A DNA stretch of 64,000 nt from Okamejei kenojei (Eukaryota), in NCBI GenBank assembly GCA_035221665.1, contig CM069138.1, positions 22,320,001 through 22,384,000 of the forward strand. The letters run 5' to 3'. Position numbers and translations under genes: made by a program. Below, one piece after another: positions 38,501-51,478 of this stretch (positions are counted from its first letter, which is position 1; each line of letters starts with the position of its first letter). The notes beneath the pieces were generated by a model that did no database searches, had not been told where the DNA came from, and saw nothing but the letters and a program-made list of their open reading frames with translations.

Positions 38501-39480
38501 CCCTTTTGATTTTTGCCCTGGAAACCCACCATCTCTTATTCTCTGTTTAATATTTTTTTCTTCTTTCCCCCCCTACATGTTGGGTCTGAGTGCTTCCCTT
38601 CTCTGCCTCCTGCCTCAGACCCTGCCTACTGGCTTTCTCTATTTGAGTCCCTCCCCCCAACCATTCTAGTTTAAAGTCCCCCCAGTAACCTTTGCACATT
38701 TCCCTGCCAATTAATTGCATGTGCAACCCGTCCTTTTTATACAGGTCACTCCTTCCCCAAAATAAGTCCCACTGATCCAGAAACTTGAATCCCTGCCCTC
38801 TGCACCAGTCCTTCAGCCAGGCATTTATCCTCCTCCTTGCTCCATTCCTACTCTCACTGTCGCGTGGCACAGGAAGTAATCCTGAGATTGTTATCTTTGC
38901 GGTTCTTTTCCTTAAATCTCTACCTAACTCCCTAAATTCTCCTTTCAGGATCTCTTCTCTTTTTTTACCTATGTCATTGGTACCAATATGTACCACAACC
39001 TCAGGTTCCTCTCCCTCCCTTTTCAGGATATCTTGGACACGTTCAGACACATCCCGGACCCTGGCACCAGGGAGGCAAACTACCATCCGGGTCTCCGGAC
39101 TACGTCCACAGAATCGCCAATCTGACCCCCTAACTATATAGTCCTCTATTACTTATGCCCTCCTCTTATATTCGTTAATCTTCTGAGCAACAGGGCCAGT
39201 GTCTGTACCACAGGCCAGGTCGCTGTTGCTACCCCCAGGTAGGCTGTTCCCCCAAACAGCACTCAAACAGGAGTACTTATTTTCGAGGTGTACAGCCACT
39301 GGTGTACTCTCTAGCGCCTGCCTCTGTCCCTTGCCTCTCCTAACCGTGACCCACGTATCTGCCTCCTGTGGTTTTGGAGAGACTACCTCCCTGCAACTCC
39401 TCTCTATGACCTCCTCACTCTCCCTGACCAGACAGAGGTCATTGAGCTGCTGCTCCAGGTTCCTAACACACTCCTTTAGG
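35591..39480 (-). mobile_element. Near full-length CR1 LINE with SGNH/GDSL-esterase ORF1, frameshifted
   Basis: ORF1 CLPGARVRDV...VVVHIGTND...DGLH; ORF2 EN (GITETWL) and RT (KSPGPD, NYRPVSLTS); (TTTCTATG) tail. Confidence 0.92.
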
Positions 39481-39589
39481 AGCCCCACCCCAGATACAAG
39501 TACAACAGGTGGTGCAAAGATAAAAATACAAGAGAAACAAATGTGGTGTTATAGCATTTTTGCTTTACTGCCACAGACAAAAAAAAGTG

Positions 39590-39875
39590 TCACAATGGCA
39601 CAGCAGTAGAGTTGCTGCCTTACAGCGCTAGATACCCAGATTCTATCCTGACTACGGCTGCTCTCTATACAAAGTTTGCACATTCTCCCCGTGACCTGCG
39701 TGGATTTTCTCCGGTGCTCCAATTTCCTCCCTCACGTCAAAGATGTACAGGTTTGCAGATTAATTGGCTTCGGTAAACATTGTACATTGGCGCTAGTGAG
39801 TAGGATAGTGTTAGTGATCACTGGGCTTAGAGGGCTGAAGGGCCTATTCCCACACTATGTCTCTAAAGTCTAAAG
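39590..39875 (+). mobile_element. V-SINE/HE1-like SINE
   Basis: Same architecture as 5968-6258. Confidence 0.75.
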
Positions 39876-39904
39876 AAAGGCCTGCAATGTGGTGGGCTGT
39901 TCAA

Positions 39905-40160
39905 TAATCACATAAAATAGTCTTATTTTCCAAATGGGGAGATAATTTAGAAATCAGAGGTGTAAAGGGACTTGGGAGTGCTGGTGCAGGATTCACAAAA
40001 CGTTAATTTGCAAGTCAAATCAGTAGTAAGGAAGGTGAATGCAAAGCTAGCATTTATTTTGTGGGCTACAATACAAAACAGGTTGCAATGTCAGGCTTTA
40101 TTAGGCACTGCTCAGTCCGTGTTGGGCCCTGTATCTGAGGAAGGATGTGCTGGCATTGGG
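39905..40160 (+). mobile_element. CR1 RT fragment
   Basis: RDLGVLVQDSQNVNLQV...VRKVNAKLAFI. Confidence 0.65.
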
Positions 40161-40199
40161 ACCCATCCTCTCCAGTCCCTCCACATAACTGAAGTTTTA

Positions 40200-40470
40200 G
40201 TTTAATTTAGTTTAAGATATAGCGCGGAAACAGGCCCTGCGACCCACCGAGTCTGCGCCGACCAGCGATTCCCGCACAATAACACTATCCTACACATTAG
40301 GACAATTTACCATTTTACCTACAATTAGTCTGCAAACGTGTACTTCTTTGGAATGTATGTGGAAACGAGCACATGGATTAAACCCATGCAGGTCATGGTA
40401 AGAATAGACAAACTCTGAACAGACAGCACCTCCGGTCTTTGCTGGATTCAACGCCTGTGCCCACCATGCT
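40200..40470 (-). mobile_element. V-SINE/HE1-like SINE
   Basis: Reverse complement of the SINE at 5968-6258, with (TTTAG)n tail. Confidence 0.7.
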
Positions 40471-40518
40471 TAATTCAATATCATATTAAAGCGAGATGTG
40501 AAAATACATTTTACTCAC

Positions 40519-40660
40519 CCTTCGGCTTTAAATATGTGTTGAAAGCACACCCATTTTTTCATATAGCACACTGCTATTGCTAAGATACTGAATAAGAGGA
40601 CGAATACCAGGACACAGGCTACAATAGCGCCCAAGATTTTCAAAGACAACTTTTCATGTT
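40519..40660 (-). CDS. Same receptor, transmembrane exon
   Basis: Acceptor tatttttcAG|AACATG and donor GAAGG|GTGAGT; 142 nt, phase 1-2. Encodes (E)HEKLSLKILGAIVACVLVFVLLFSILAIAVCYMKKWVCFQHIFKAE(G), an uncharged TM followed by a KK stop-transfer. Phase matches the V exon. Confidence 0.88.
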
Positions 40661-40798
40661 CTGAAAAATATCAAAGGTTTATAGAGTTTAAATGCAACCT
40701 CATTTTAAGTAAACACACAGGCTCTGAACCTGCAAGGGCAGCAGCACTGAAGCTGTCGCATCATAGCATTCTCCAAAGCAACCTAAATTGGATAAAAA

Positions 40799-43700
40799 AT
40801 AGTTAGATTAAGCGATAACTTACCAAGTTCGAAGGTTGATCTTTATTTTATGAGGAGTTGCGGTGAGGGATTTCGTGAAGACCCCGCCAGCACGCATGCG
40901 CGACATTCTTCAAAGCAGCGGTGTGGAATCACAGAACGCACCATGACTGTAAATAGTAAGATTAAGAACGTAGAACATACTAGTTGACCTTATGATAGAG
41001 GGTGGGAGCGGAGGGCATGAAATCCCTCACCGCAACACCTCATTAAATAAAGATCAACCTTCGAACTTGGTATCTCATTTAATCTTACTATTTTATTTTG
41101 GAGTTACATGAGTGACTTTGTGAAGATTTCAAAGCTCTGTGATTTCACGCCCTGGACATCGTCCATGCTATCACACTGCCGCAATACTGATGGAGGAAGG
41201 CTGTTAATGCATTCCAGACTGAACAGGTTGAAAAATAATGCATATTTATTACACAAATAATAACAAAACAAAAACCCCTAACTCGGGGACAAACATTCAC
41301 TGAGCGGCTCCCAGCACGGCTTCTGCGAATGTTGTGGGGGCGACCAGCGGTTTGTTGTAGAACCGCTGGAAGGTTGCTTCACTAGCCCAGTCCACGGTGG
41401 CGAGGATGTGGTCCATAGGCACCTCCGTGGCCCTCGCCGCTGATGTGGATGCAGCCCTGGTAGAGTGAGATTTTAAAATGTTAGTACCTACTCCTGCTGC
41501 ACCCAACACCGCCCTGAGCCAACTTGCGATAGTCTGCACAGTCACCCGGTGATGTGGAGATTTGTGGCTGATCAGGAGCCCCTGCTCCATCTTCCGGATG
41601 GTTCGTGTAGTGCGGATGTAGAGACGGAGATGGGTGACTATGCAGAGGGTGACATCAGTGGGATATGCCCGAAGCTCCAACTGCAGCCCATGATCCCCAG
41701 GGCTGTGCTGCTTCAATAGGTCCTCTACAAAGAAAGTCACCTTTGCAGGGGGTGGAGACCATGCTATCCAGCCGCAGCTTCTGCAATGCCTGGACTCATT
41801 GGGCTGTAGTCAGTGCCATCAGCATCACCACTTTGAGGGTGATCTTTTTAAGTGGTAACTCTGTCATAGGAGACCAGCTCCTCAGTAGGGTCAGTACTAT
41901 CCCTACGTCTGAGGTGATGTTGTATCTGGGTCGTGGAGGGTTGGTGTTGTACACTTCCCTCATGAATTTTGACACCAGGTGGTTTGATCCTATACCTAGG
42001 TCGAGGTATGAGGACAGTGCAATCTTGGAGCTGTTGATGGCACTGTAGCTGAGGCCCTCATCGTAATGAAGGCCCACTGGGAATTCCAGGACATCAGGGA
42101 TCGTAGCCGAGTTGTAGGTCGTGTTGGTACGGGAGCAGAATGCCTCCCACTTCCTGACCTGGGTGAGGTACTGCCTCCTGGTTGATGCTCGGCACGACGC
42201 TGAGATGAGGTCCATGGCTCTGGATGATATGCCGACCTTGATAAGCGGCCTCTTTAGAACCTGCAGGCCAAAATGTGTAGGTGACCATGGCACGGGTGAT
42301 TTACCCCGGTAATGGGGTTAGTATCTGGTGTGCCAAAGTTAGCTATAATTTCAGCAAAGATTTGGGGGTTCAACATCGACTCGATGTTATCATTGAACAC
42401 TCGTGACCTGGGGACCACCACTGTATGGAGTTTCCCTCGTAAATAGGTCACTATGATCCAAATATTTCTCTCAATGGACCAGTGCCAGAATGTGTTTGCC
42501 AATTCGTCACAAGAGAATGACCTGATACCACCCAAATGATTTATATTAGCCACCACTGTCGTGCTATCTATTTGTAGATGGACATGTAAATGCTGTGAGG
42601 TAGTGCAGGAAGCCCGCAGTCCATGGAAAGCCCCTAACATCTCCAGATAGTTTATCCCTTGTGTCTGGAGGAGGGTGGACTCGTGTGGGTCCCATCTGCC
42701 ACCACAACTGATCATTAGGTTTGTGTCAATGGTGAAACCCAGGTAGACGATAACTTGAGAGGGGTTCAGTTTAGATTTGTCTGGATTGGTCACAAACCCG
42801 AACGTCTCGAATAAAGATTTGGGCGCTGGAACTGCCAGCGTTGCCAATTGGAAGGTCTGTCCCACGATATGCTGTTGTCGGAGGAGTGCTAATATTGGTT
42901 TTACTAATTTGTTAAATAGTCCGGGGGCAGTGGTGAACCCAGTGGGTAAGGCGTTGTATTGCCATAACTGTCCCTTCCAGACAAATTATAGGAATTTCCT
43001 GTGAAATGCTGTGATGGGAACTGTATTGGACGCATCATTTAAATCGATGCAAGCCATAAAGTACCCCGGGTAAAGCAGCTGCTTAGCTGTGTCAAAGGTT
43101 TCCATTTTGAAATGGGTATATTGTACAAAAGTGTTCAACCAGGTTAGGTCCAGAATAATCCGACACCCCACATCTTTTTCGATTTTTGTAAAGATTTCAG
43201 AGACAAACTCAAGGGGTTCGTGTGTCGTTCTACCGATCACCCCTTTGGCTGCTAGCTGTAAGATTTCAGCATGTCCCTCCTTCATCTCCTTTTGAGAGAG
43301 CGTAAATGTGCGCTGAGGTTCATGCTGTATAGGGGGGAGTTTACCATCAATAAATTTAATGACATAACCGTGAACACTTTGTAGAATAAATGTGTCTGTG
43401 GTTATTGCATCCCAAGCACCACAAAATGCCCGCAGCTGTCCTCCTACTTGTGAGGTTACAATTGCTACACCCTGAGATGAAGCAGACCCCCTTACCTCCA
43501 TGGTCAACGGCGGTTCTTGGTGTATGGCGTTCTGGGGGGACGTGGTGTAGCTGGTCGTGGTTGTGGCCGCATCTTTCATGCAGGCCTCTGCAGGCCTTGT
43601 CCTGTTTAGGAAGTGGAGGTGGATATGTCCTTTATGGTCTATCCGGCTGGCGTGGTTTCCAGGTAGGATACAGCTGTTGTCGTTGGTATGGGTAAACTTT

Positions 43701-45433
43701 AGCCGGTGGGGGCTTCATAAGGCCAACGGTCTTGGCCTCCTCGTCCATGTCTTTGACATTTTTCCCCAGATCTTCCCTGAACAGCTGATGAGATGGCGTA
43801 GTGGTGGAGGTACGGCACAACCCTGCAAATTTTGGGTGGAGTGTCGGCCGGATGGAGCTCTTACGAAGGCAGTTAATTTCTAACTGCGCATTGCAGAGAA
43901 GTGCCAGGGCATCCTGCTGCTCGCTGGTCACATTATCCCCATCGAGGGTCCTAGCAAATACTGTAATGCCCGTCGATAAGAGTTTGAGGATGAGCTATAG
44001 GCGGACGTCCTGCTTCTTGGAGGTAGCACTCAAATTCCCCCAAATTTGAGCATTCACCATGGGCACCTTTAATTGATGCAGTTATCGGGCGGCTTGAATT
44101 TGTCCATGGTGTCAGTGACTACCTGACCCAGAAGCTGGTGAGTAGTCAGATAGGCAATGGTTCCCGCCAGTTTGGGGTGCAGCGGTTCCCCAGTTTGGGT
44201 AGCCATGGCAAGTTTTCCCACGACATCCAGCAGGTCCGCACCTAGGACTGGATCCACGGCCTCCGGCATCTCTGGTTCGACATCGATGTCAGTATCCCGG
44301 CAGCTTCTGGTAAGGCTGGCTGGAGAAGACGATATGCTAGGCGGTCTCCTGGTGTGACTTGTGGAGGCCTGAGACTGCTGTTCATCCCGGTCCATATCCC
44401 GTTGGACCAGTTGCTCCACCAAGAGCTCCAACCGGGCAATGCGACCGTCCCCGCTACTCGCGGCGGACAAGCCGACTTCCCCAGGCTTTGCAAATTCTCT
44501 GGGGCTTCCACCATCGGACAACACCTCCATAAGATGCAGACTAGGTCCGATGGTAGGTTACCGTGGGCTACTGCTCCTGCAGGCCCATACGACTCCCGCA
44601 CGGACTTTCCACTAGTCGGCCTTCGAGCGGACTGTGGCGGCCCACCTGCCTGGTAGGAAGACAGTGGAGATGATTCAGCGCCGGTCCCCGGTACCTGGCT
44701 CCCCGAAGTCCGTGCAGGCTTACCTCCACTATCGCCCAATTTTCTTCATGGAGGCGCATAGTCGGCAGCTGCCAGAGCTAAGCTAACCGACTATCTACTG
44801 CTGCCACCGGCGCCCTTGACCACAGCCTGACGCGGCGTTATGTTGGCAGCTCCCGCTCCTGCAGGGCTGCTCAATGCAGCATTGCTCTGCCAGACTGCCC
44901 TACGGCTGATATCCCTGGCAGCTGTACGTGGCGTGCTGCGGCTGTGGGGCTCCCCTGTAGCGCAGTCGTTACCCGGCCTGGCCCCCGTGGATCCACAGCA
45001 ACACGGGGTGATGCCGCTGTCGGTGAGCGAGGCACTTCGCCACGTACCTGTTTGCTCCCCCGCTTCCTGGGGGATGGGGACACAAAGTCTGGGTCTGGAA
45101 TTTCCAGCTCCAGTGCATTCGGGAGATAAGTCGGGCGCTGGTGTAACTGAAGCGCCCAACTTCCGCACCTTTACCACCGGTGTGTCTCGCAGCTCCGGAG
45201 AAAGTGGCCGCTGGCTTATCGGCATCCCGCGGCTCTTGGAACGTTTCGCCTTCCCTTTCCCTTTGACGTCCATGCTGTAACCAACTAAAGTTAGTACCTG
45301 AAACGGCCTTTTTGAAGGAGCTGGTGGAGAAAGCGCACTCCCCCCCCAGCTTGTCGATGCAAACGCATGCGACTTTATGCCACGCATGCGTGCTGGCGGG
45401 GTCTTCACGAAGTCACTCACGTGACTCCAAAAT
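40799..45433 (-). mobile_element. DIRS1-like element copy 3, in the V-TM intron of the receptor
   Basis: gag (45273->43560), RT (43579->), RNaseH with internal deletions, YR (42260->41297; HSTRAAS). ITR/ICR architecture as in copy 1. Confidence 0.93.
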
Positions 45434-46373
45434 GAAACAGAAAATGGTGAACACACTCAGCAGATCAGGCTGCATCTGTGCAATCTACGCTGCAAATTGA
45501 AAATCCTTCATCAGAACTGAGCAAGTGAGTTGGTCTGAGAGACCAGGTTGGTCTAAGTGGCCAGGAACCTGGGGGAGGGCAGGGGGTGGAACAAAGTGAA
45601 AGTCTGTGATAAAACATAGAACAGTATAGCAGTATAGCACAGGAACAGGCTGCATCTGTGCCGGACATGTGTTTATTTATGTTACTTATGTGTATATTGA
45701 ACTGAACTGTTCTGTATTGTTTGCTTACAATATTCTATTGTGCTGCAGCAAGCAAGAATTTCATTGTCCTCTCTGGGACACATGACAATAAACTCTCTTG
45801 ACTTGACTTGAACATGATGACAAGTTCAACTAATCTCCTCTGCCTGCAAAATATGACACAATGTTCTGGAGTAACTCAGTGGGTCAGGCAGCATCCCTGG
45901 AGAATATGGATAAGCAACATTTTGGGTCGGGATTTTCCTCAGTCTGATTGTGTGTGTGGGGGGAGGGGAGGATAGAAAGCTAGAAGAGAGTTGGGCAGAA
46001 TTAATAGGTAATACAGCTGAAGGAGTTTGACAGGAAGATGGTTGGACGAAGGCCAGAGTAATTGTCAGAGATACAGCGCCCAGAGTAAAAAAACAGGTAA
46101 TTGTCATCGAGTCACTGAGTGATTAGTGTGGAAACAGTGGGATTGGCCTTCCACTGACTGCTCTCAAGACACTTCCAGTGACTGCTCCAATTGCCTCTGC
46201 CCTACTGTCTTTCTCCTCAGAAAATACAGATGTGAAATACTCATTTAGGACCTTGCCCATCTCCTGTGGCTGCACAGAGGTGACCGCTTTGATTCCTGAG
46301 AGGTCCCACTCTCTCTCTAGTTACCCTTTTCCCCTTTATGTATTTATAAAGTATTTTGGGATTGTCCTTAATG

Positions 46374-48297
46374 CAGAGCTGCCAAGGTCTGTCATAGCAT
46401 TTCAGTATTCTAGTACCTGAAAATCAGTATTTTGCTGAGGAAATCAGTATTTTTATACGGTGGCGCTTTGCTGAAAAAAATGCTTTTTTTAATGTGCGGC
46501 CATACCCATGTAAGAGTGCATGAACGCATAACTTTGCTACCAATTGACATGTCTTCTACACACCTTACTTAACAGTGCATTCATTGCCATCTCATTGTAT
46601 ATTGTTGTTTGAACGGCTGCATCCTGCTTTTATCACCAGATGATGATGTAGAATCCATTCTGGAAGTCTCCCTCTCCCTCCCTCACTCCCTCTCTCTCTC
46701 TCCCTCCTTCCTCTCCTTCCTCTCCTTCCTCCCTCTCCCTCCCTCTCNNNNNNNNNNNNNNNNNNNNNNNNNNNNNNNNNNNNNNNNNNNNNNNNNNNNN
46801 NNNNNNNNNNNNNNNNNNNNNNNNNNNNNNNNNNNNNNNNNNNNNNNNNNNNNNNNNNNNNNNNNNNNNNNNNNNNNNNNNNNNNNNNNNNNNNNNNNNN
46901 NNNNNNNNNNNNNNNNNNNNNNNNNNNNNNNNNNNNNNNNNNNNNNNNNNNNNTCATCTACCTCTCTTCACCCCTCCCTCTCTCCCGCTCTCCACCCCTC
47001 CCTCTCTCCCACTTGAGCTCACCCACTGTTCTGTAAAATCAAGGCCAATCCCAATGTAACTGCAATCCCACTGGTAACTTTTCACCACTAGGTTTATCCA
47101 GAATTCTACACTGCCTGAAAAATAATCAAAGGCTCAAAGAGAATTCCAAAGACATTGTTATACGATAATTTTCTTGAACATTCTGTGACCCATAACGCTT
47201 TGGCCATAGCACGATGTGTAAAGCCCATAACGCTATGTTTAAAGCCCATAGCACTCCAGCTGGTAGCACTATATTTACAACCCACAGCGCGCTGCCGACA
47301 GCTCTTTGTTTAAATTCCCACGCGTTAAACTGATAGCACTCTGTTTAAACCTGGAGTGGGACAGGCATTGACTCTGGAGAGAAGGAATAGGTGACGTTTC
47401 TGGTCGAGACCCTTGTTCAGACTGAACTGAACTCCATATTTAAAATCCGTATTTAACAACACAAAAATCGTTCATCAGTATTCTTATCGCGTAGCCGGTC
47501 ATAGTGCGAACTCCATCATCAAGTTCGCTGACGATACCACTGTTGTGGGACGTATCACTTATGGGAACTAGTACAGAAGTGAGATCGACCGACTGACCAA
47601 ATGGTGCCAGCACAATAATCTGGCCCCCAGCAAAACACTGATGCAATCATAAAGAAAGCACATCAGTGCCGCTACTTCCTGAGAAGATTATGGAGAGTCG
47701 ATATGTCAAGGAGGACTCTCTCTAACTTGCACAGTGGAGAGCTTGCTGACTGGTTGCATCGTGGCTTGGTTCGGAAACTTGAGTGCCCTGGAGCGGAAAA
47801 GACTACAAAAAGTGGCAAACACTGCCCAGTCCATCATCGGCTCTGACCTCCCGTCCATCGAGGGGATCTATCACAGTTGATGCCTCAAAAAGGCTGGCAG
47901 CATCATCAAGGACCCACACCATCCGGGCCATACACTCATCTCCCCACTACCTTCTGGTAGAAGGTACAGGAGCCGGAAGACTGCAACGACCTGGTTCAGG
48001 AACAGCTACTTCCCCAACAGCCATCAGGCTATTAAACTCGGTTCGGACAAAACTCTGAACATTAATAGCCAATAATCTGTTTATTTGCACTTTATCAGTT
48101 TAATTATTCATGTGTGTATATATTTATGCAATGGTATATGGACACACTGATCTTTTCAGTGTTCGTGCCTACTATGTTCTGGTGTGCTAAAGCAAAGCAA
48201 GTATTTCATTGTCCTATCAGGGACACATGACAATAAAACTCTTGAACTCTTGATTTCCGTACAAAATACGGAAACTCCGTACCACTTGGCAGCTCTG
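46374..48297. mobile_element. Non-autonomous hAT-like DNA transposon with 13-bp TIRs and a 5-bp TSD, inserted in a CR1 fragment (46150-46373, 48298-49220)
   Basis: TIR cagagctgccaag (46374-46386) / cttggcagctctg (48285-48297); TSD taatg (46369-46373, 48298-48302); subterminal aaatc(a/c)gtatt / aaatacgga repeats. Confidence 0.75.
47460..48252 (+). mobile_element. 5'-truncated Rex/Babar-type LINE nested in the MITE
   Basis: IIKFADDTTVVG, IIKDPHHP and RFRNSYFP-like motifs; tail gacacatgacaataaa..cttgaa. Confidence 0.8.
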
Positions 48298-51026
48298 TAA
48301 TGCTACCCACCAGAGCTATCTCCTGGCCCCTTTTTGCCCTTCTGATTTCCTTTTTTAATTTATTCCTTAGTTCCCGAAACTCCGCCAGGGATGCACTTGA
48401 TCCCAGCTGCCTAAACCTGTCCCATGATTCATTCTTGTTTTTAATTAACGTCCCAATTTCCCTCGTCAGCTAAGCTTTCTTACGTTTGGCTGCTTTACCC
48501 TTCACTTCACTTGGCCTCCTTTTCCCTCAAATAACCTACTCCAGTCAATTTTAGCGAGACTGTCACTCATACACTCAAAGTTGGCCTTACCTCCAGATGA
48601 GCATTTTAACACATGGACCCTTTCCATCCCTATCCATAACTATTTTAAACATAATTGAACTCTGGTCCAAAAGGCTCCTCCACACGCACTTCATTAACTT
48701 GCCCTTCCCATTTTCCCAATACTAGATCCAGCGTTTCCCTCTCATGTCTGGGGGCCTCCACATACTGCTTAAGAAAACTCTGCTGAACACTTTTGATAGA
48801 TTTCACCCCGTCTAAACCGTTCACGTTATGATTTTCCCAGTCTATATCGGGAAAGTTAAAATCCCCTACTACAACAACCTTATTTGATCTGCAGCTGTCC
48901 GCAATCTCCTGGCACATTTGTTCTTCTAATTTCCATTGACTATTCGGGGGTCAGTGGTACACCCCAAGCAAGGTGACCATCCCTTTCTTGTTCCTCAGCT
49001 CCACCCACATAGATGAACCGTCCGTAATGTCACCGCTGAACACAGCCGTAACATGCTCCTTAACCAACAATGCAATCTCCGTCCTCTTTTTCCCTCAGCC
49101 CTGTCTCTCCTGAAGCTCCTGTATTCCAGAACATTGAGCTGCCAGTTCTGCCCCTCCCTTAACCAGGTTTCAATCATGGCTACAACGTCGCAGTCATTCA
49201 TAGCCATGCCCATGTGAGACAAAATGATTGAAGTTATGAAGCCAGAGGAAGGAATGTAGGTGAAGGGGGAGGGGAGAAATATGTGCAGGTGGGGCACAGA
49301 GGAGTGGAGTGGGGAGGGGGGAAGGAAGAAAGGGGGATGTGAGGGAGAAAGGGAGCAGAAAGTGCTTGGTTAGATCATAAAACAGTATAGTCAGGAAATA
49401 TAGAAATGACCCTTTGCAAAATTAAACTAACCTTCTCTACCTACATGTGAAACATATCCCTCAATATACTGCATTTTTATGGGTGCCAAACTAAAAGTCT
49501 CTAAAGTCTCTTAAACACCACTATTATATTTGCCCCCACCATTATACCGGCAACCCAAACCCCCCACATCTAACCTACAATGGAGCAACCAGAACTCACA
49601 CTGAACTTTAAATATAGCTAAACCAATGTTTTATAAAGATGCAGCATGACATCCTGACTTTTATACTCAATGCTGCTGCCAATGAAGGAACGTAACAGTT
49701 ACTAGAAGGTGTAGCGGTGTTACAGAAAAGAGGGTGGGGATGAGCGAGTCCAATAGGAAATTATTTAATTAGTTGTTGTCCCTGGAAGGTTAGAATGTTG
49801 AAAGATGAGGCCCTGTTTGTTGAGCACAAGATGGTGGGGTCAGATTCAGGCTAACATAACACAAGATACAAGATACATTCATTTGTCACGTATACCAATT
49901 GGTACAGTGAAATATGTGGTCGCCATACAGCCACACAAAAAATAAAGAGCACATAACACGATAGTCTTAACATAGACATTCCCACACAGTGGAATCAAAG
50001 TTTCCTACTGTGAGGGAAGGCTCCAAAATTCAGTCATCCTCCTTTTCCGTTGTCTTCCCGTGGTCGGGGGGCTCCCGAACCCCCCGCAGTTGCCGCTACG
50101 GGCAGCCTGCTGTTCAGGCCCGCTCGCCGGAGTGATGGAAGTCCGACGTTCGGACTGGAGGACATCCTCAGCGGCTTGGACATCAGAATCGGCCACCTCC
50201 TACCGGAGTCCGCAGCTCCCGAAGTCCACAGGCCGCGCTGGGCGGAGATTCAACACTGGCGGCCCTCGGCAAAGGGCCTCATGACTCAGCGATGTTGAAG
50301 TCAGCACTGGCCGCGCTGGAAGCTCTGCAAACCACAGCTTCAATGTTGAAGCAGCAGGCGATCCAGGTATGCAACGCCCGCTCCGTGATGTATCCAGCGC
50401 AGCGCCGCCACTGCTGCAGCTCTGGTTCCGTCCCTGGCAGGAAAGGCCGATCCAATCCAGGTGGTATGCCGCGAGGAGAGGGGCGAGGACGCGACTCGGA
50501 GAATAGTTGAGTCCTCGCCAAGAAGTGACAGGGAAACGATTTCCCCCTTACCCTACCCCCCTCCCCCACATCGAAAAGCTAAAGAATTATCCAAAACAAA
50601 CTTTAAAAATGACTAAAAATAAAAAAGGGAGAAAAACACAGACCATAGGCACTAGGGGCGCCATCAATGTGGCGCCCCTAGTGGCCCTTTTAATAAGGTG
50701 AAGTGTGACTGTAAGCTTGGAGTTTGGAGCCAGATCAGAAAAGTGATGGTCCACAAATAGCCAACAGATGTGTATTTGTCTGTTTAATTCGTTAGAAAGC
50801 ATAAATAAATACATGAAAATGAATCGGTATGGTCAAGTTGGGCCAAAGGGCCTGTTTTCACACTGTATGACTATGAAAACTAAAAGATTCAATACTTTAA
50901 TGCTTCTAATATTGTAAATATTGTAAACTGAAATAAAAATGAACGCGCAAAACTGCTATCCCACCCCTGGCATGCTCTATATTTTCACTAACGGAGATCG
51001 TTTTGTATTGTGTAAACTGAACTTAC

Positions 51027-51371
51027 CAATGACAATGAGCTGGGTTCCATTCCCTCTGATATCTCCCCACACTGTGCAGTAATAAACGGCAGTGTCATTG
51101 AACATCACGTTTGTGACATTCAGGATGAAGCTGTTGTTGGAGGTGATTTTGCACGGCTGGAACCGTTCAGTGAAGCCTGGTCTCCTTCTTACGCTGCCTC
51201 CTGCCTCGTGTGTTAAAACCCACTCCATGTCCTGCCCGGGTAGTTCTCGGTACCAGTGGACGTCAGTGTTTCCCACTTCAGCGTTCTCCATGGAGCACCA
51301 TAACCATGCCGTGTCATCCTCAGTGACACGCTCCAGCCTCGGGAATTGGATCAGGATCGGAGGATTTGCAT
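51027..51371 (-). CDS. Ig-superfamily inhibitory receptor, exon encoding a germline-joined VJ-type V domain
   Basis: Acceptor ttcccattaaAG|ATGCAAAT and donor ATTG|GTAAGT; 345 nt, phase 1-1. Translates DANPPILIQFP...WLWCSM...VHWYRE...DTAVYYCTVWGDIRGNGTQLIVI, with canonical V-set Cys/Trp/Cys, DxAxYYC and a J-like GxGTxLxV motif. Confidence 0.92.
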
Positions 51372-51478
51372 CTTTAATGGGAAAATATGTCTTCTTAAAA
51401 AAAACCACTCAGCACAACCATGCTTAAAGAGTGCACAGAATCTAACACTAAATTATTAGAATTGTTTTAGTCATTCTA

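Noticed and set aside
38547-39086. GDSL/SGNH esterase as a host enzyme
   Set aside because: Standard ORF1 domain of CR1-type LINEs, contiguous with CR1 ORF2.
49860-50660. GC-rich segment with several short ORFs
   Set aside because: No recognisable protein; bounded by a LINE-like tail, probably a non-autonomous repeat, but I cannot classify it.
51027-51371. Rearranging TCR/Ig V segment
   Set aside because: The J motif is already in the exon and is followed by a splice donor; no heptamer/nonamer RSS after YYC and no C exon found before the TM.
32566-51371. Calling the gene PDCD1 (PD-1), a Siglec or SIRPA
   Set aside because: The tail motifs are shared by many inhibitory receptors and the V domain is not recognisably any of these; needs phylogeny and synteny.
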